NCBI GenBank assembly: GCA_965112155.1
Contig: OZ218098.1
Reading direction: 5' to 3' (one strand)
Length of the DNA stretch: 64,000 nucleotides
Source: Podarcis liolepis
Lineage: Eukaryota
Shown: positions 1 to 12,500 of the stretch, one piece after another
Position numbering within the stretch: the stretch's first letter is position 1
Layout: each line of letters starts with the position of its first letter
Translations under genes and position numbers: made by a program
The notes under the pieces: generated by a model
Database searches by the model: none
Told to the model about the DNA's origin: nothing
The model's input: only the letters and a program-made list of their open reading frames with translations

Positions 1-94
1 TTGTACCTGGACACCACATGTGTACGTTTGCAAAAAATCACTTGCAGCTCCTATGTGGCGCCCAACTATTTATTCTTAGCAATGAAAAACCATT

Positions 95-1115
95 AATGGA
101 ACTAAGGTTACAACAGTTAGGGCTTTTTAGTTTAAGGTAAAGGCAAGCAGATGTCCAACGCAAGACCAACAAGGCAAATGAGGGTGGACTTGATAAAACT
201 TTTTTTTTTTTATAATAATATTTATTAGTTTTCCAACAAATTGAACACCAAACTACAAAAAACCAAAAAAGAAAAAACATACAATAATACAATACAATAC
301 AAAGAAGAAAAAAACTGCAAAACACTAACATACAACTAACAAAACAAAACAAAAACCATTTAAAAAACAGTCCAATTTCAATATCTTATCTTTCTTTCAC
401 TAATTTCCACGACCTCCTCACACCTCCCTTTTTGTATTCCACTTCTATTAATTGTTTCAGCAATTCCTTTCCATCTTCCTCTGTTTTCTATCCTATAATT
501 GTCTTAACACATTCTAACCTTATTTTTCCCTTTAATGCTCTAATAATCTATTTATACTTGATTCCTTATAACATTTCTACTAAAGTCATATAACTTCCTT
601 CCAACATCTTTATAACATTCATTAATTTTACAGTATTTCTGTAAATAGTCTTTAAACTTTTTCCAATCTTCTTCCACCGACTCTTCTCCCTGGTCTCGGA
701 TTCTGCCAGTCATTTCCGCCAATTCCATGTAGTCCATCAACTTCATCTGCCATTCTTCCCTGGTGGGTAAATCTTGTGTCTTCCAATATTTCGCGATGAG
801 TATTCTTGCTGCTGTTTTTGCATACATAAAGAAAGTTCTATCCTTCTTTAAATAAAACTATATACAATTATGTATATTCTGGAGAAAGTGGGTGAATGTT
901 TCCTCCCTTTCTTGTAAAAGTAGAGCCCAAGGATATCCAGTGAAGTTGAAGCCTGAGAAATCCAGGAGAGACAAAAGGAAGGACTTCTTCACACAGTGCA
1001 TCGATAAACTATGGACTGTGCTTCTGCTAGGTGTGATGACCACCAACTTCTATGGCTTTAAAAGGGGATTAGGCACATACATGGAGGACAAGGCTATTGA
1101 TGGCTACTGGCTGCA
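95..1115 (+). mobile_element. Degenerate CR1 LINE 3' end, split by the L1 insertion
   Basis: RLQQLGLFSL...DLIKL | YTIM...GYPVKL...RDKRKDFFTQCIDKLW...GFKRGLGTYMEDKAIDGY matches the CR1 ORF2 C-terminal signature. Confidence 0.85.
200..851 (-). mobile_element. 5'-truncated L1-clade LINE (ORF2 C-terminus, 3' UTR, poly-A)
   Basis: ORF 552..827 (AARILIAKYWK...PTREEW..KL...W.KF.DYL) resembles L1 ORF2 C-termini of non-mammalian vertebrates. AATAAA and an A-tail lie at about 200-226. TSD ATAAAACT at 193-200 and 852-859. Confidence 0.88.
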
Positions 1116-2529
1116 TAACTGCTTCAGAATTTATTTGCCAACTGCATTCCACGATCAAGAATAAACCTGACCTTGGCCACCTCCACTACATTCTCTAGGA
1201 CCTCTGCTGATTGCTGGACTCCTGGACAACAACAACAACCCGCTCTTGTCATCTCTGAAATCAAACAGTAGTTTCTAAGCCACCTGTGGCACTTCATACA
1301 TTTGCATTGATTTTACATTTTAAAGAGAAAATATGTACAGATGTATTCCGTGGCATGTGAGAGTAACGCCTCGTAGCTGACATACCACTTTCAAGACTGA
1401 CGGATTTTCTTTCTGTCTGTTTATTCTTTACTGTGCATAGCCTAAGAAGATGTGACAGAGGAATGTTGTGCGTTTTAGCCACGTGTCTCCCCTGTTCCAA
1501 ATATAAAGGAGGAGGAAATACAATTTACTTGAAAAAGAGGGGTGCCTAACCCCACTCCCTGTCTTTCTTCACTGCACCTTCTGCTACAACCAGATTTTCA
1601 GCACCCCAGCTTACTTCTGGTATCAGAGAGTCACTTCAGAGAGAGAGGAAGAATGCCTTCACCTGTGCCACACTTCCTTAACCTGCAAGCAGAAAACGTA
1701 ATGGTTCCCCTCACATAAGTAAGTAAGTAAGCTAACCTTATCCCCCTCCCCCTGCACTTGTTCATCCATGCCTCTTACCCTCTATAAACTTCAGGTGCTA
1801 CGTTCTCCCAGTCCTGAGAGACTGCTCTAGCTGCTCTAGACATCCTTCCAGGGTCTTTCCCCAGGATCCTTTTTATTGCATTATCAGTCACCTTGACACA
1901 ACAGCCAACAACCCCCTTGCAGGCTTCAGGAGTCGTTTTGCAGCTTCCAAATCAGTTCTTCTAGTTGTTTACTCAGGAAAGCAACAGGAGTGGCAGCTTG
2001 AATTTGCAGCACCCAGGGAAGACTGTGTAGCTCCTCACTTCCAGCCTGCGCACCAATGCCTCTGATGTTGTGTCAGGGTCAGCTCACATATGAATGCTAA
2101 TCTTCTTCTGCTCGAGCACCTTTCAACCGAGAGTTGGCCTGTCATCATAAATCTGGTTTAGCTTTCCCCACCAACTCTCTCCCACAACTGGAGAGAAATC
2201 CCCGCCTGGCTGAGATCAGATGGGCTCCCTCCCTGTTGAAATTTTGGCATTTATTTTTTCCTCATTTTATGGTTAATTTAACCAGTTTAATCTTGTGTAA
2301 CGCCATTGTAAACCACTTAGAAATGAGTGGTATATAAACTGTTGAAATGGATTCCCATGACCCACATCCTGTGGGTTTGGGAAGGATACTCATTGTGTGA
2401 GGAAACTGCAGTGGGTCAGCCTCTAATATCAGGAAGAAGTCAGGAAAACTTCAATAGCTGTATTTATTTGTGAACAACAGATGGACTACTCAGTATAGCA
2501 AGTAAGGCTTGCTACACAGGCAAGACTAA

Positions 2530-2850
2530 GGCCACATTCACACCAAATATTTAAAGCACTATGATGCCACATTAAACAGTCATAGCTTTCCCCCAAATAA
2601 TTATGGGAGCTGTAGTTTGTGAACGGTACTGAGTTTTTAGGAGCCCCTGTTCCCCTCGGAGAGCTACAATTCCCACAGAGTGCTAACAATCAATCCCTCT
2701 TCATAGGAAATGCTGGGAATTTTAGCTCTTGGAGGGGAATAGGGGCTCTTGAGTCCTTTATCAAACTACAGCTCCCAGAATTCTTTGGGTGAAGCCATGA
2801 CTGTTTAAAGTGGGTTCATAGTGCTTTACATGTATGCTGTGAATGTGGTC
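2530..2850. mobile_element. Palindromic MITE, PIF/Harbinger-like
   Basis: TIRs GGCCACATTCACACCA / TGCTGTGAATGTGGTC, extended internal inverted symmetry, and TAA on both sides (2527-2529 and 2851-2853). Confidence 0.8.
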
Positions 2851-5800
2851 TAAGACTCCAACTAATTGCCACTTGACTATGGAGGGAACCAAACCCAGAG
2901 AAGGAAGGGCAGCTTTTACTGCAGACTAGGCAGACAAGTCACACACAATATAACCATGAAGCATCCCAGCTGGGGCGGGGGGGGGGAGTGGCCAGAATAA
3001 TGGTTATGTTTGTTGCTACTGCCACCGCCACCACCATTTCTTAAAGTCCTCTCAAATTTTGCTCCTAGTCTACCATCATAACAGGCCTGGGGATTCAGCT
3101 ACATTAGTAAAGAAAAAGCCTTTTGTATGCATTATAACACTGTGACACCACCATATGGCTCTGTGGAGTCTTTTGCCAACGTGATTTCCCATAATGAAGT
3201 TTACAACACGTTTTCCTGAAACACATTTTTGATGTGTCTAGATCCAGCCCAGGTTAGGTTTCAGGGGGATTGTTCTTCACATCAAGTCCTTCTTACTCAT
3301 CCACTTTCTGCAGAACAGAGCCCATAGCCAACACTCTGTTCATATTTCTGTGGGCAACTGACTCTGCTCAGCAAACCCAACATCTCTTCGTTATACCTTC
3401 CTATGGCTCCACCAAGGAAGTGTCTGCAGGAGGCTTTTTTTGCAGACATTGGTTGATCTCATCCAAGGCTGTTGCAGACTGGAACAGGCGCTCCATAGCA
3501 GCCGCACTGGGGGCAGCAGGTGCTGAACTAGTAGCTAGCCACCTGCAGCAATAACCCTGAACTTGTTCAAGGGGAAGAGTGGGGTGCAACCTGGCATTTG
3601 GGGTTTGGCCATAGGATGTAAAGGGGTTAGGGCTTTGGCATGTTTAACAGTTGCATAGAAGAGGGGATGTCATGTGAGCCAGACCTGCTGAAATCCCTTC
3701 TTTTGCATTTCCCTACAGCATGTGAACAAGTCATAAGTGCACCGTAATGATTTTAGCAGGAGTTTTGTTTCTTCGCTGATATTACACGGTGTTGGAGCTA
3801 CGTTCCTAAACATAATTTGGAAGCAGGTAAATTCAAACCAGAGGGGTTTGCAGCTCAGTGCTCCCATAATACATTCCAGAGCATAACAAACGATAATGAA
3901 ACACCAAGCATCCAAGCTGGGGACCTGAAATAATCGAGCAAGAGGTGTTGCTTAAAATTTGAAAAGCAAAACATAATTAGTGCTGAAGGCCAATTCCCAT
4001 ATAAAGATCTGTGCAGTTCAAGCTATTATTAACTTTGCTTTTTCTAACTGTTTGCACTATAAAGCCTACCTCCAGGAATGATCTATTAAATTAAACCATT
4101 AAGCTAATAATGGCTTGAGCGCTTCACATTATTACCAGAAATGGCCCAAGGCTCGGGCCATCACTAACTTTATTTTTTCTTCTTGTCAGCTGAGTCAGAA
4201 AAAAAAACATACCACCAGTCGCTGGTAAGTGCAACCTTGATAAATGGATACCCTTCTCCATGGTGCGTAATTTCCTGGACGATCATAATTAACTTCTAGG
4301 ATTGGATTGTTGTTATTTGAGGGAGGGCTGGGGAGAGAGGGAGAAATAATCATGGAGTTTTGTTTACTTATGCTACTGGCATTATGGCTGGTAGAAAATG
4401 CAATTGAAGCATAAGAAGAAAAAAATTGAGTAGGAAAGATAAGTTGGGGGTGTTTGTTTTTGTGTTTTTTTTAAGCCATAATATCAGCTGGAAATAGTAA
4501 TGTTTCAACACACACAGCAACACATTTCAGAGCAAAATAAAGTGTTCTGAATGTGTCCGTAAGCTCTACATACCATTAATTTCAGTGGAGAATGCCACTT
4601 AAAAGTTAATAGCATGGGTGAAAAAGAATAATTACTGGACGCAGCAGCCCACTGAGATTCCATAGGCTGAAAAATAAACTATACCGGCAATAATGCTTTC
4701 CCCCTGCATCTCGGGGATTGTTCCATTTAGCCAGCTCCATTTGGGGGTATTGCCTGTGAAATGGGTATGGCCTCATGCTGATGTCGCAAGGGCTCAGTTA
4801 AGGAGAGGGGCTTCACACACTGATTAGGCAGCATTCACACAAGCAATCAGTTCCACTGAAGGAGCACTTTTAGGGTTCTTATTACACTTTTATCTGCTGC
4901 ATTGTTTACAACAAGAGAGGAGAGGAGCAGGACTCTGGGCTGTCATTTAAAGAGGAAGACGAATCCCCTAACTTGGACACCATTTGCATGAACTGAGGAC
5001 AGGCAACAGCCAGCTGGGGATGGGTGCAGTTGAGAGCCCAGAGGAGCTTCCTATCAAACTGGAAGCATGGGGCCTAGTTTCAGCCTTTTGGTGCCAGGGC
5101 TCAGCCCCAGCATCTCTTTCAGGGTCAGGGTCAAATCATTTTTTATGGACATTAAGCACAGCCACAGTCCCAGACTTCTCCCATTTCTGCATCATCACAC
5201 CCAATATTACGTTCTTGTACAACTTTTCCCCCACACAAGCCAAAACTCAGGCTAGGGCCTGAAATAAACCAACCTCCCAGTGTGAATAGGAACAAAGGAA
5301 AGGGCTTTGCATTCAGTCCTGGCATCTAGAGGAATACCTAGGGGTTGGGGAAACCAGCTCCTGCTGGGGGCGCAGGTCTGGGGTGGGGGCACCAAAATTC
5401 CCTATCAACCTGTGGAGTTTATGACGTATATGTGTGTCATGGCGAGTTCCCGCCATTCTCACACTGTGGCACAAAGGTGTGCTTTTTTCCACCCTCCCTC
5501 CTCGCCTTGCCCTCACTCTGGGTGCTTTGAGTACTTGGGTCATGTAAAATGTAGTAATTTATAAAGTGGCTATTACAGTAAAGTGATTTGGGGGGCGGGG
5601 GCGATGCAGCTCTTTGCTGTGGGTGCTGATACTGACCCTAAGTATGCCTGTGCTTCCATCTCAAGGCAGGGAACGGACCCCTTTAATGGGATCTGCTTAA
5701 CCAAGAAGCGACAGGCCCAGGCTACAGCCTCCCCTCCAACCAAGACCAAGGCTTCCCCAATGCCTAACCTCACAAAGTTGTGACGATTGCTGTGAAGTAG

Positions 5801-6849
5801 GTGAAAACCAAATTTGCCAAGTGGAAAAATTCCTGCTTGGCCCCAAATACGGCAGCCGACAATGTCCATAGCAAGGCCGTAGCATGAGAGAAGAAGCATT
5901 TGCAAAAAGGGTTGGAGTTTGGGAGATCTGATGGAAAAACCAGGGAGGAGTGTTGTGTCAGTGTCAGTTTATTCCCTGGGGGGCGGACACAAGTGATGCC
6001 AGTTGCCCAGTTGGGCCTGCCCCTGGGGAATCCCCAGACCCAGGCCCTCCTGCCATTGGTCAGTTCGCAGGCAGGTCTGCAGTTCTTCCCAGCCAGCTGG
6101 TGGATTGTTGACATGGGGCCGTGATCAGGCTGCAACACTGTGTTTAAGGTAAGTGGACTTATCCAATCGATTGAGCTGTTTGGGCAATGTGTCCCCCCAA
6201 AAGTACAATTCCTGATCTAGGCTTTGTTATAATGGGCATTCAGCTTCCTACCTGAAGTTGACAGTTCAGACCTGAAGGGTCTAGAATGCTTGCAGTAGAT
6301 AAATGGATGGGCTCCATTTATGAATCAACTTGAAGGAGGCGGCTGCGAGGCTGCTTCTGAAGTTCCCCTTGGACACAGAGGTTTGTATCAACTATCAGGT
6401 AGTCGTAAAATGTCCCTTGCTTGGGCAAGGTGGCTAGGCACTTCCAGTCTGTCTTGGACGAGACTGAACTGCAAATTCATTTTAAGCTGGTAACAGCACA
6501 AGTTAGATGGATAGAGGAGCTACATGAGGAGAAGGCCGGGGGGAGTGCAAATTCTCCTACTGCTTATGCATTACCGTTTTATTTTAAATCTCTAAGTAGT
6601 TTACATAAAATTGTTCAAATATTCAGTTAAAAATAGCAACAAGAACAGACTTTAAAACAGGCACAAAATCATCAAAATATAGTTTCAATGACCAGATTAA
6701 AACACACACACGCACACACAGAAATGTACATAACAAAATTACATGTCAAGTCTTTTAGCAGGTGTCAATAACAGCACAGCAACAGGGTGGTTTAGGCAAT
6801 AGGTGCTCCCACAGTAAAATACCTATTTATTGCAAGTGCAGAATGAACT

Positions 6850-7110
6850 GTATGTGACACTTGGAAAAGGGCCAGTTATGCAGATTGGAGCAGCCATAGT
6901 GGGCATATGTGGGGAAATGTGATCCATAAAGTAAACTGGCTCCAAACTGTTGAGAGATTTATATACTAACAGAAGCACCCTGAATTTGGCCCAGTAACAA
7001 ATTGGCAACCAGTTCACATCCTTGAGCAAGGATGTAATATGCTGACAGGTTCTCACTCCTGTCAGCAACGTGCTGTGGCATTCTACACAACTGCAATTTC
7101 CAGACCAAGC
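6850..7110 (-). mobile_element. Old L2 LINE ORF2 C-terminal fragment
   Basis: HITSLLKDVNWLPICYWAKFRVLLLVYKSL resembles the L2 motif HITPxLxxLHWLPxxxRIxFKxLLLVYKAL. Confidence 0.8.
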
Positions 7111-8082
7111 ACAAGGAAAGTTCCACATTGCATTTTATTGTGATTTGATTTTGGGGCAAGGGTGTGTGTGCTGATTTTATTGTTTGTGCTTTGTTGTTGG
7201 GTGGGATAAAAAATGCAATAAGGAAATGAACAAGCAACCAAATAATGGTCTTCCTCCAAGGAACTTCCAGTGAATTCTTGCATATAGCATGGCCTCTAAA
7301 ATATGCACAAATCAATGAAGGATGCATAGAAGGGATTTGCAGAGTGCAAGGCCTGACCTTAAAGACATCTTTTTTCCAAACTTCAAGAAAGAAAAACAAC
7401 ATTATGATGCCCATGCAACTTTAAACAAAATCATTAGATCACCGTCTAAACCCATCCCAGCACCTGGGAGAAAACAATTGTACAAGATAATGGAAGAGGA
7501 GTAGACAAAGGCCCAGAGAATACTCTTGTCTATTTCTAGATGTGCTATTCATAACTCCAGCTCGGTATCACGCTGCCATATTAGTATGTGCTATTGATTC
7601 ATTCTTAATACAGTGAGATGCCCTAGTAATGAACTCGGCAGTACCCATAATGATTTCATATCATGAAATGTTATGTGCTTTGCTCATGACAAAGTAACAG
7701 TGGTACCAAAAATAGCAAACCTCATAATAAAATGTTATCGAGGATCGTGGATTTCAATATAAAAAGGACTCGGCCATACTCAAGAGCTTACTTGAAACAA
7801 ATGCGTACCTAAAAGGAGCCGCATTGGAAAAGTCATGTCATTGATTCGTTAGGAGATGCTACTTTAAAAGCGAGCTGAGCCCCACATCCCCTAAATGCTT
7901 GTAGTAGAATGAAAGAGAGATGGCAGCTCATACTTTGGAATGGCTGGGGCCACGTGATCCAAAAGTACTAAGAGGTGCCTCACCTCCAGCAGCTGCTGCC
8001 TAAGGAAAAAGAAGAAGCACTCAATAGATCCCAATGTAAGTACTGTAAATGTAGCATTGCCAAACATTTAAAGTACAACATA

Positions 8083-8300
8083 CAGGAAACTCCCAGTTTA
8101 CACGGGGGTTACGTTCCAAGGCACCACGCATTCAAGTGAAATCATGTACCGTATATTTGAAACACCATTGATAAAGGCTGCAAACACCCCACCCTGTTCC
8201 ACAGAGTTTTGTGACATTTTCTGCTCACTTTTGGGGTTGGCGCAATGCACGTGTTTGCAGTCGCTGACATATCAGACGTGCCTAAAACAGTTGCTGCCTG
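8083..8300. mobile_element. Degenerate pogo/Tigger-like MITE
   Basis: TA|CAGG...CCTG|TA ends and a Tigger-like gggggttacgttcc subterminal sequence. Confidence 0.55.
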
Positions 8301-9425
8301 TAGTATAAAATACCAGAATGTGAGGGTTGCCAAACCCAGAGATCACAGCTTTACAGGGTCCAGAACCTCTGGATGTTGTAGAACTACAACTGCCACCATC
8401 CCTGAGCATTGACCATGCTGACTGGGGCTGATGGGAGTTGGAGTCCAACAGCATCTGGTGGGCCACATGTTCCCCTTTCCCACATCAGAAGATCCAAAGC
8501 AGCAGGTGGAAGATGTAGCTGTTGCCCTTTCAGGCCTGTCCTTCCACCTGTTATGAGACAAAACCTTCATCCTGATTGTTAAGCCTGAATGGAAGGCACA
8601 GCATCTGCGCTCTCTCTCTCTCTCATTTGGAACTTTAAACAGATCTCACAGCTGCCAGCTGGCAATCAGACAGAATGAAAAGGCATAATGTTGCAAGCTC
8701 TCACTAAACCTGGTTCTGTCTCCCATGTCCTCCTTAGCCTTAAGGAAGTCAAAGATTCAATTTCTGCCAACTTTTCTGCTTCTGAACATGGTAGCGGTGT
8801 TCACATCCTATGCATTTGCTGGTTGTCCCAGAAGGGACACGGTGGGAATTCAGTTATCAAACGTGTTTGTGACCAGACCTCTGGGGACAACTCCGTTTTC
8901 AAAGGGCTTCTCTGGCATCTCTTGGCAGAGGTGAGACACCATCCCCACCCGCCAGTTCAGCTCCCAGCACTGTGCAAATTGCTTAGCGTCATGAAGCTGA
9001 CTTATGTAACAAAACTATCAAGTTCCCTTTACAGCAAACCACACTTTGGCAAATCAGAATATGCAAATCAGATATTTTCTCCTTCGTTATTCTATACAAA
9101 ACCAGAGGTAGGCACTGCCATACCTTCTTGTGAAATCTGATTTATTCATTTAGGGCACAGAAATGGTGGTTGTGGCAAGGGTAACACAGTCAATGGGTCC
9201 AACACTTGACACTAAAAGAAACAAATTTGCAAGCTGGTGCTCTTTCTCCCAGTTCAGTTTCTGGCATTGAAGTTGCACATTTACAGTATATTTAAAACAG
9301 GCTAATTCTGCCAGGCTCAAGAGTGCATGTAACGCCAATTATTTTTGATCTGCACTATTTATCAGTTGTTCTCCAGGTCAGTTTCAAGGTACTGGTTTAC
9401 ATTTAAAAGTTCCAACTGACCTGAG

Positions 9426-9561
9426 CAGGCTTCCTCAACCTCGGCCCTCCAGATGTTTTTGGCCTACAATTCCCATGATCCCTAGCTAGCAGGACCAGTG
9501 GTCAGGGATGATGGGAATTGTAGTCTCAAAACATCTGTAGGCCCGAGGCTAAGGAAGCCTG
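9426..9561. mobile_element. Young palindromic hAT-type MITE
   Basis: CAGGCTTCCT...AGGAAGCCTG ends, near-complete foldback, 8-bp TSD gacctgag/gaccggag. Older relatives with a ggactacaactcccatc core occur at about 8350, 24850, 25140, 34140, 35400, 37320, 41630, 44160, 56170 and 61400. Confidence 0.85.
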
Positions 9562-12500
9562 GACCGGAGGGAGGTTTTTTTCAAATATGAAACACACAGA
9601 CACAATCACCATGGTGCCAAGATATGTTGGAGAGCCACTGCTTCAGATGCCTCTACTGTTGGTAGCAAAATGTTCTGGAACAAAGCTTTTTCATCGGTGA
9701 ATCCAGCATTACGTAACTCCAGAGCTTTTCCAAGCCTTATCTTTTCCACCAGATTTTTATAGCTTTCAAAAATTTGCTTACTAAGGTGTTCTTCTGTGTT
9801 GCTGCTATTAGTCAGTTTTTGAGCATGTTAATTTTGAAAGCCTGGTGTGTGTGTGTGGCTGATTCATTTTATCGTTAAAGTTTTTAGGACTTCAAGGTAA
9901 GCTACCTAGAGGGCCAGTCTTGGCAAAAAGACAGCATGATGTAAATTAGACTTAGATGTAGATGAATATGTGATGTGCTCAGTGGGCAAAGTTCCCAGGC
10001 ACAACTGCAATTCTTCTTGCACAACTTTTTTTCTTCTTCCCCAGGGTATGTAAACACACACAATAGGTTTCTCGCCTCTTTTTTTTTTTAACATAAAAAT
10101 TGTGTGTGGCCTTGAGGGCAGGAGCCAGTATGGAGAGCACCTTTGTGTGTGGAGTATATTGCCCAACAAACCTGAAACACCAAACATCAGGCCAGATGGG
10201 CTCTGGCTTTGCAGTGGTGCAGACATGTTAGGAGTCGCTAGAGACAGATTGGGAGCAGGGGGTGGGGCAGGTTCTGCCTAACTGATCTTCCTGACTGGCA
10301 ACAGCTGCTGTGCCTTAGCATGCTGCCACAAGTGATGCAGAAAAATGCATTTTTGTTCCTATGCGTGCGTTTTTTTTTAGTGGGAGGAAAGGCAATTTGA
10401 GCATGCTTCCTAGAAGTAAACAAGCAAACCTTTTAATGCAGTTGAGATGGTGTGTAATGCAAGAAGCAGCTGCTTTTAATTTGATTGTTACTTCATAGAA
10501 AATGGGCTACTTAATTGGATTGATCTGGAGGTCACTTGTTTTCCTATTCCTAGGAACAAACACACTTAAAGATGCACAATGCTGATTGCTATTTTTGCAG
10601 TAAACAGATCATCTTGGTTCTCTTCCAGCGACTGCCTCCTGTGCTAGGAAATCGGGGTATTTATATTTCATAAAGACCGCGAGAAAGTGTTGTGGAGGTG
10701 CTTGTTGTGGGGCCAGAGTGAGGTAATTGCAGAGGCCTGGGAAATATAAAAGGTAATTTGTTTGTGCAGAAACAAAAATAAAAATGGTTTGCCCCGAGCA
10801 CTTTGGCAGCAATAAACAATTTCCGCAAAAATTCTGCAACAGCTGCCATGTCTTGTAAGCATGACTGCAATCCCAGGATCCACAGCAGGATTGTGCTTAT
10901 GGATGGCCAGCCTTTCAGAAAGGTTTTATATCCAACGCAGTGCAATATCTTGAAAATCTCGGTACTGATTTAAGATCATTAAGTAGAGCTGAGCTTTTCT
11001 TGAAAATCTGATGCCCTGTGCTCCCAAGCACAATATGGTACATGGGCTACCCAAATTCACAATTTCCCCCAGGTAACAATACTATTACGCAATTAACACA
11101 ATGCTGTTCCTCGTATGTTGCAGTAGATGAGACATCTTTCCCAGAAGTAGAAAGTGTGGAAAGTGCAAAAGAAAGAGAAATGTGGATAAGCCCTCAGTTA
11201 TGGAACATCCTATTTTGGCAGCAGGTGAAAACCTTATGGTTCATGAAAGACTTTTAAATAGTGTATGTATGTAGTCTGAATGTCTCGCTGTTCAAATCTA
11301 TGTGTTTTAAATTTATGGGTAAAATGAATTTCTTGTATTTGTGTCTTTGATTTCACAATTTATTGTCTTATTTCATCCCCCCCCCCCACCATACTTACTT
11401 ATTGTAAGTTGCCCAGTGAACTTTCTGTTGTGGAACAGCAAACAGCATCCATCAATAAACCAAATAGCCTGTGGTGGGCATCTACTGATGACATCACTGT
11501 TTATGAGCAACCAAACACATTCCTTCATGATAAACTTTACAAACTTTTAAACCTCTTTAGAGACTCGATGCTTTGCACCCTATGCTCCTAAAGTGCAGAG
11601 ATCTTTATCGAGCCTTTTACAAATACAATAAAAAAGCTAAATACTAGCAGAGTTCTTCCACTGCCACCATTCTGCAGTGATGCCCTGTCATTTTGATAAA
11701 CATGCACACACTACCTAGGGATGTAATATTTAGCATTTTGAAGAAGAGGTGGTCAAATAAAGGCAATGCCTCATTTCCTCTGTATTTATTGGGAAGTAGA
11801 ACCAGCATAACTACCATATAGCTCTCAATTTAACATAATTGCCTGCGGGCTTTCCTGGAATTGTCATTCCACCAAACAGGGCAGATACAAAAGAGGAAAA
11901 TGAACCTTTTGCATCAGAAGCATTTATACCGGGTGCTGCAGCAATGGCAGAGTCAGCACTAAAGAGCTCTAGGAGACGGGAAAAGAGACAAAGGCGGAGG
12001 ATTAACAGCTGACATCCTCCTATAAACCATGAGAGCAACAAAGCTGGCCATGTATAATGTGAGCTAGTCTCAGGACAGGCTGCTTACAAGGAGAGTTCAT
12101 TGTTAGCCTACTTGCTGAGCCACAACTCAACTGTAAACCATAGCTCAGGGTTGTCTGGAACGGGAAGAGAATAAATTCTAGCAGTAAGAAAGTTAGGAAA
12201 GAGGTTTAGAGCTTTTCCCAAAGTGCTTTGGTCCAAAGGCATAGATTTAGCTGGGCATTAGATGTGACAGAAAGAGTATGTAACATGCTGAGTGAAAGCT
12301 TAACGGCTGAAGATACATTCAGTCTAAGGTTGCTTTCAGCAAGCGTATCCAAGCTCATCTTGGAGCAAAACCAACCTGAGGCATTCCAGCAAAGTTTCCT
12401 GGTGATCTGTTCACACATTCTTTTAATATTATTCTGCTGGGTTGCTAAGGTCTATGGGAGCAGCTGCCTGCTTTCTATTTGCTCAGGGGATATTCCAACA

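Noticed and set aside
38-352. Hydrophobic 104-aa ORF
   Set aside because: T-rich L1 3' UTR and poly-A read in frame; not a membrane protein
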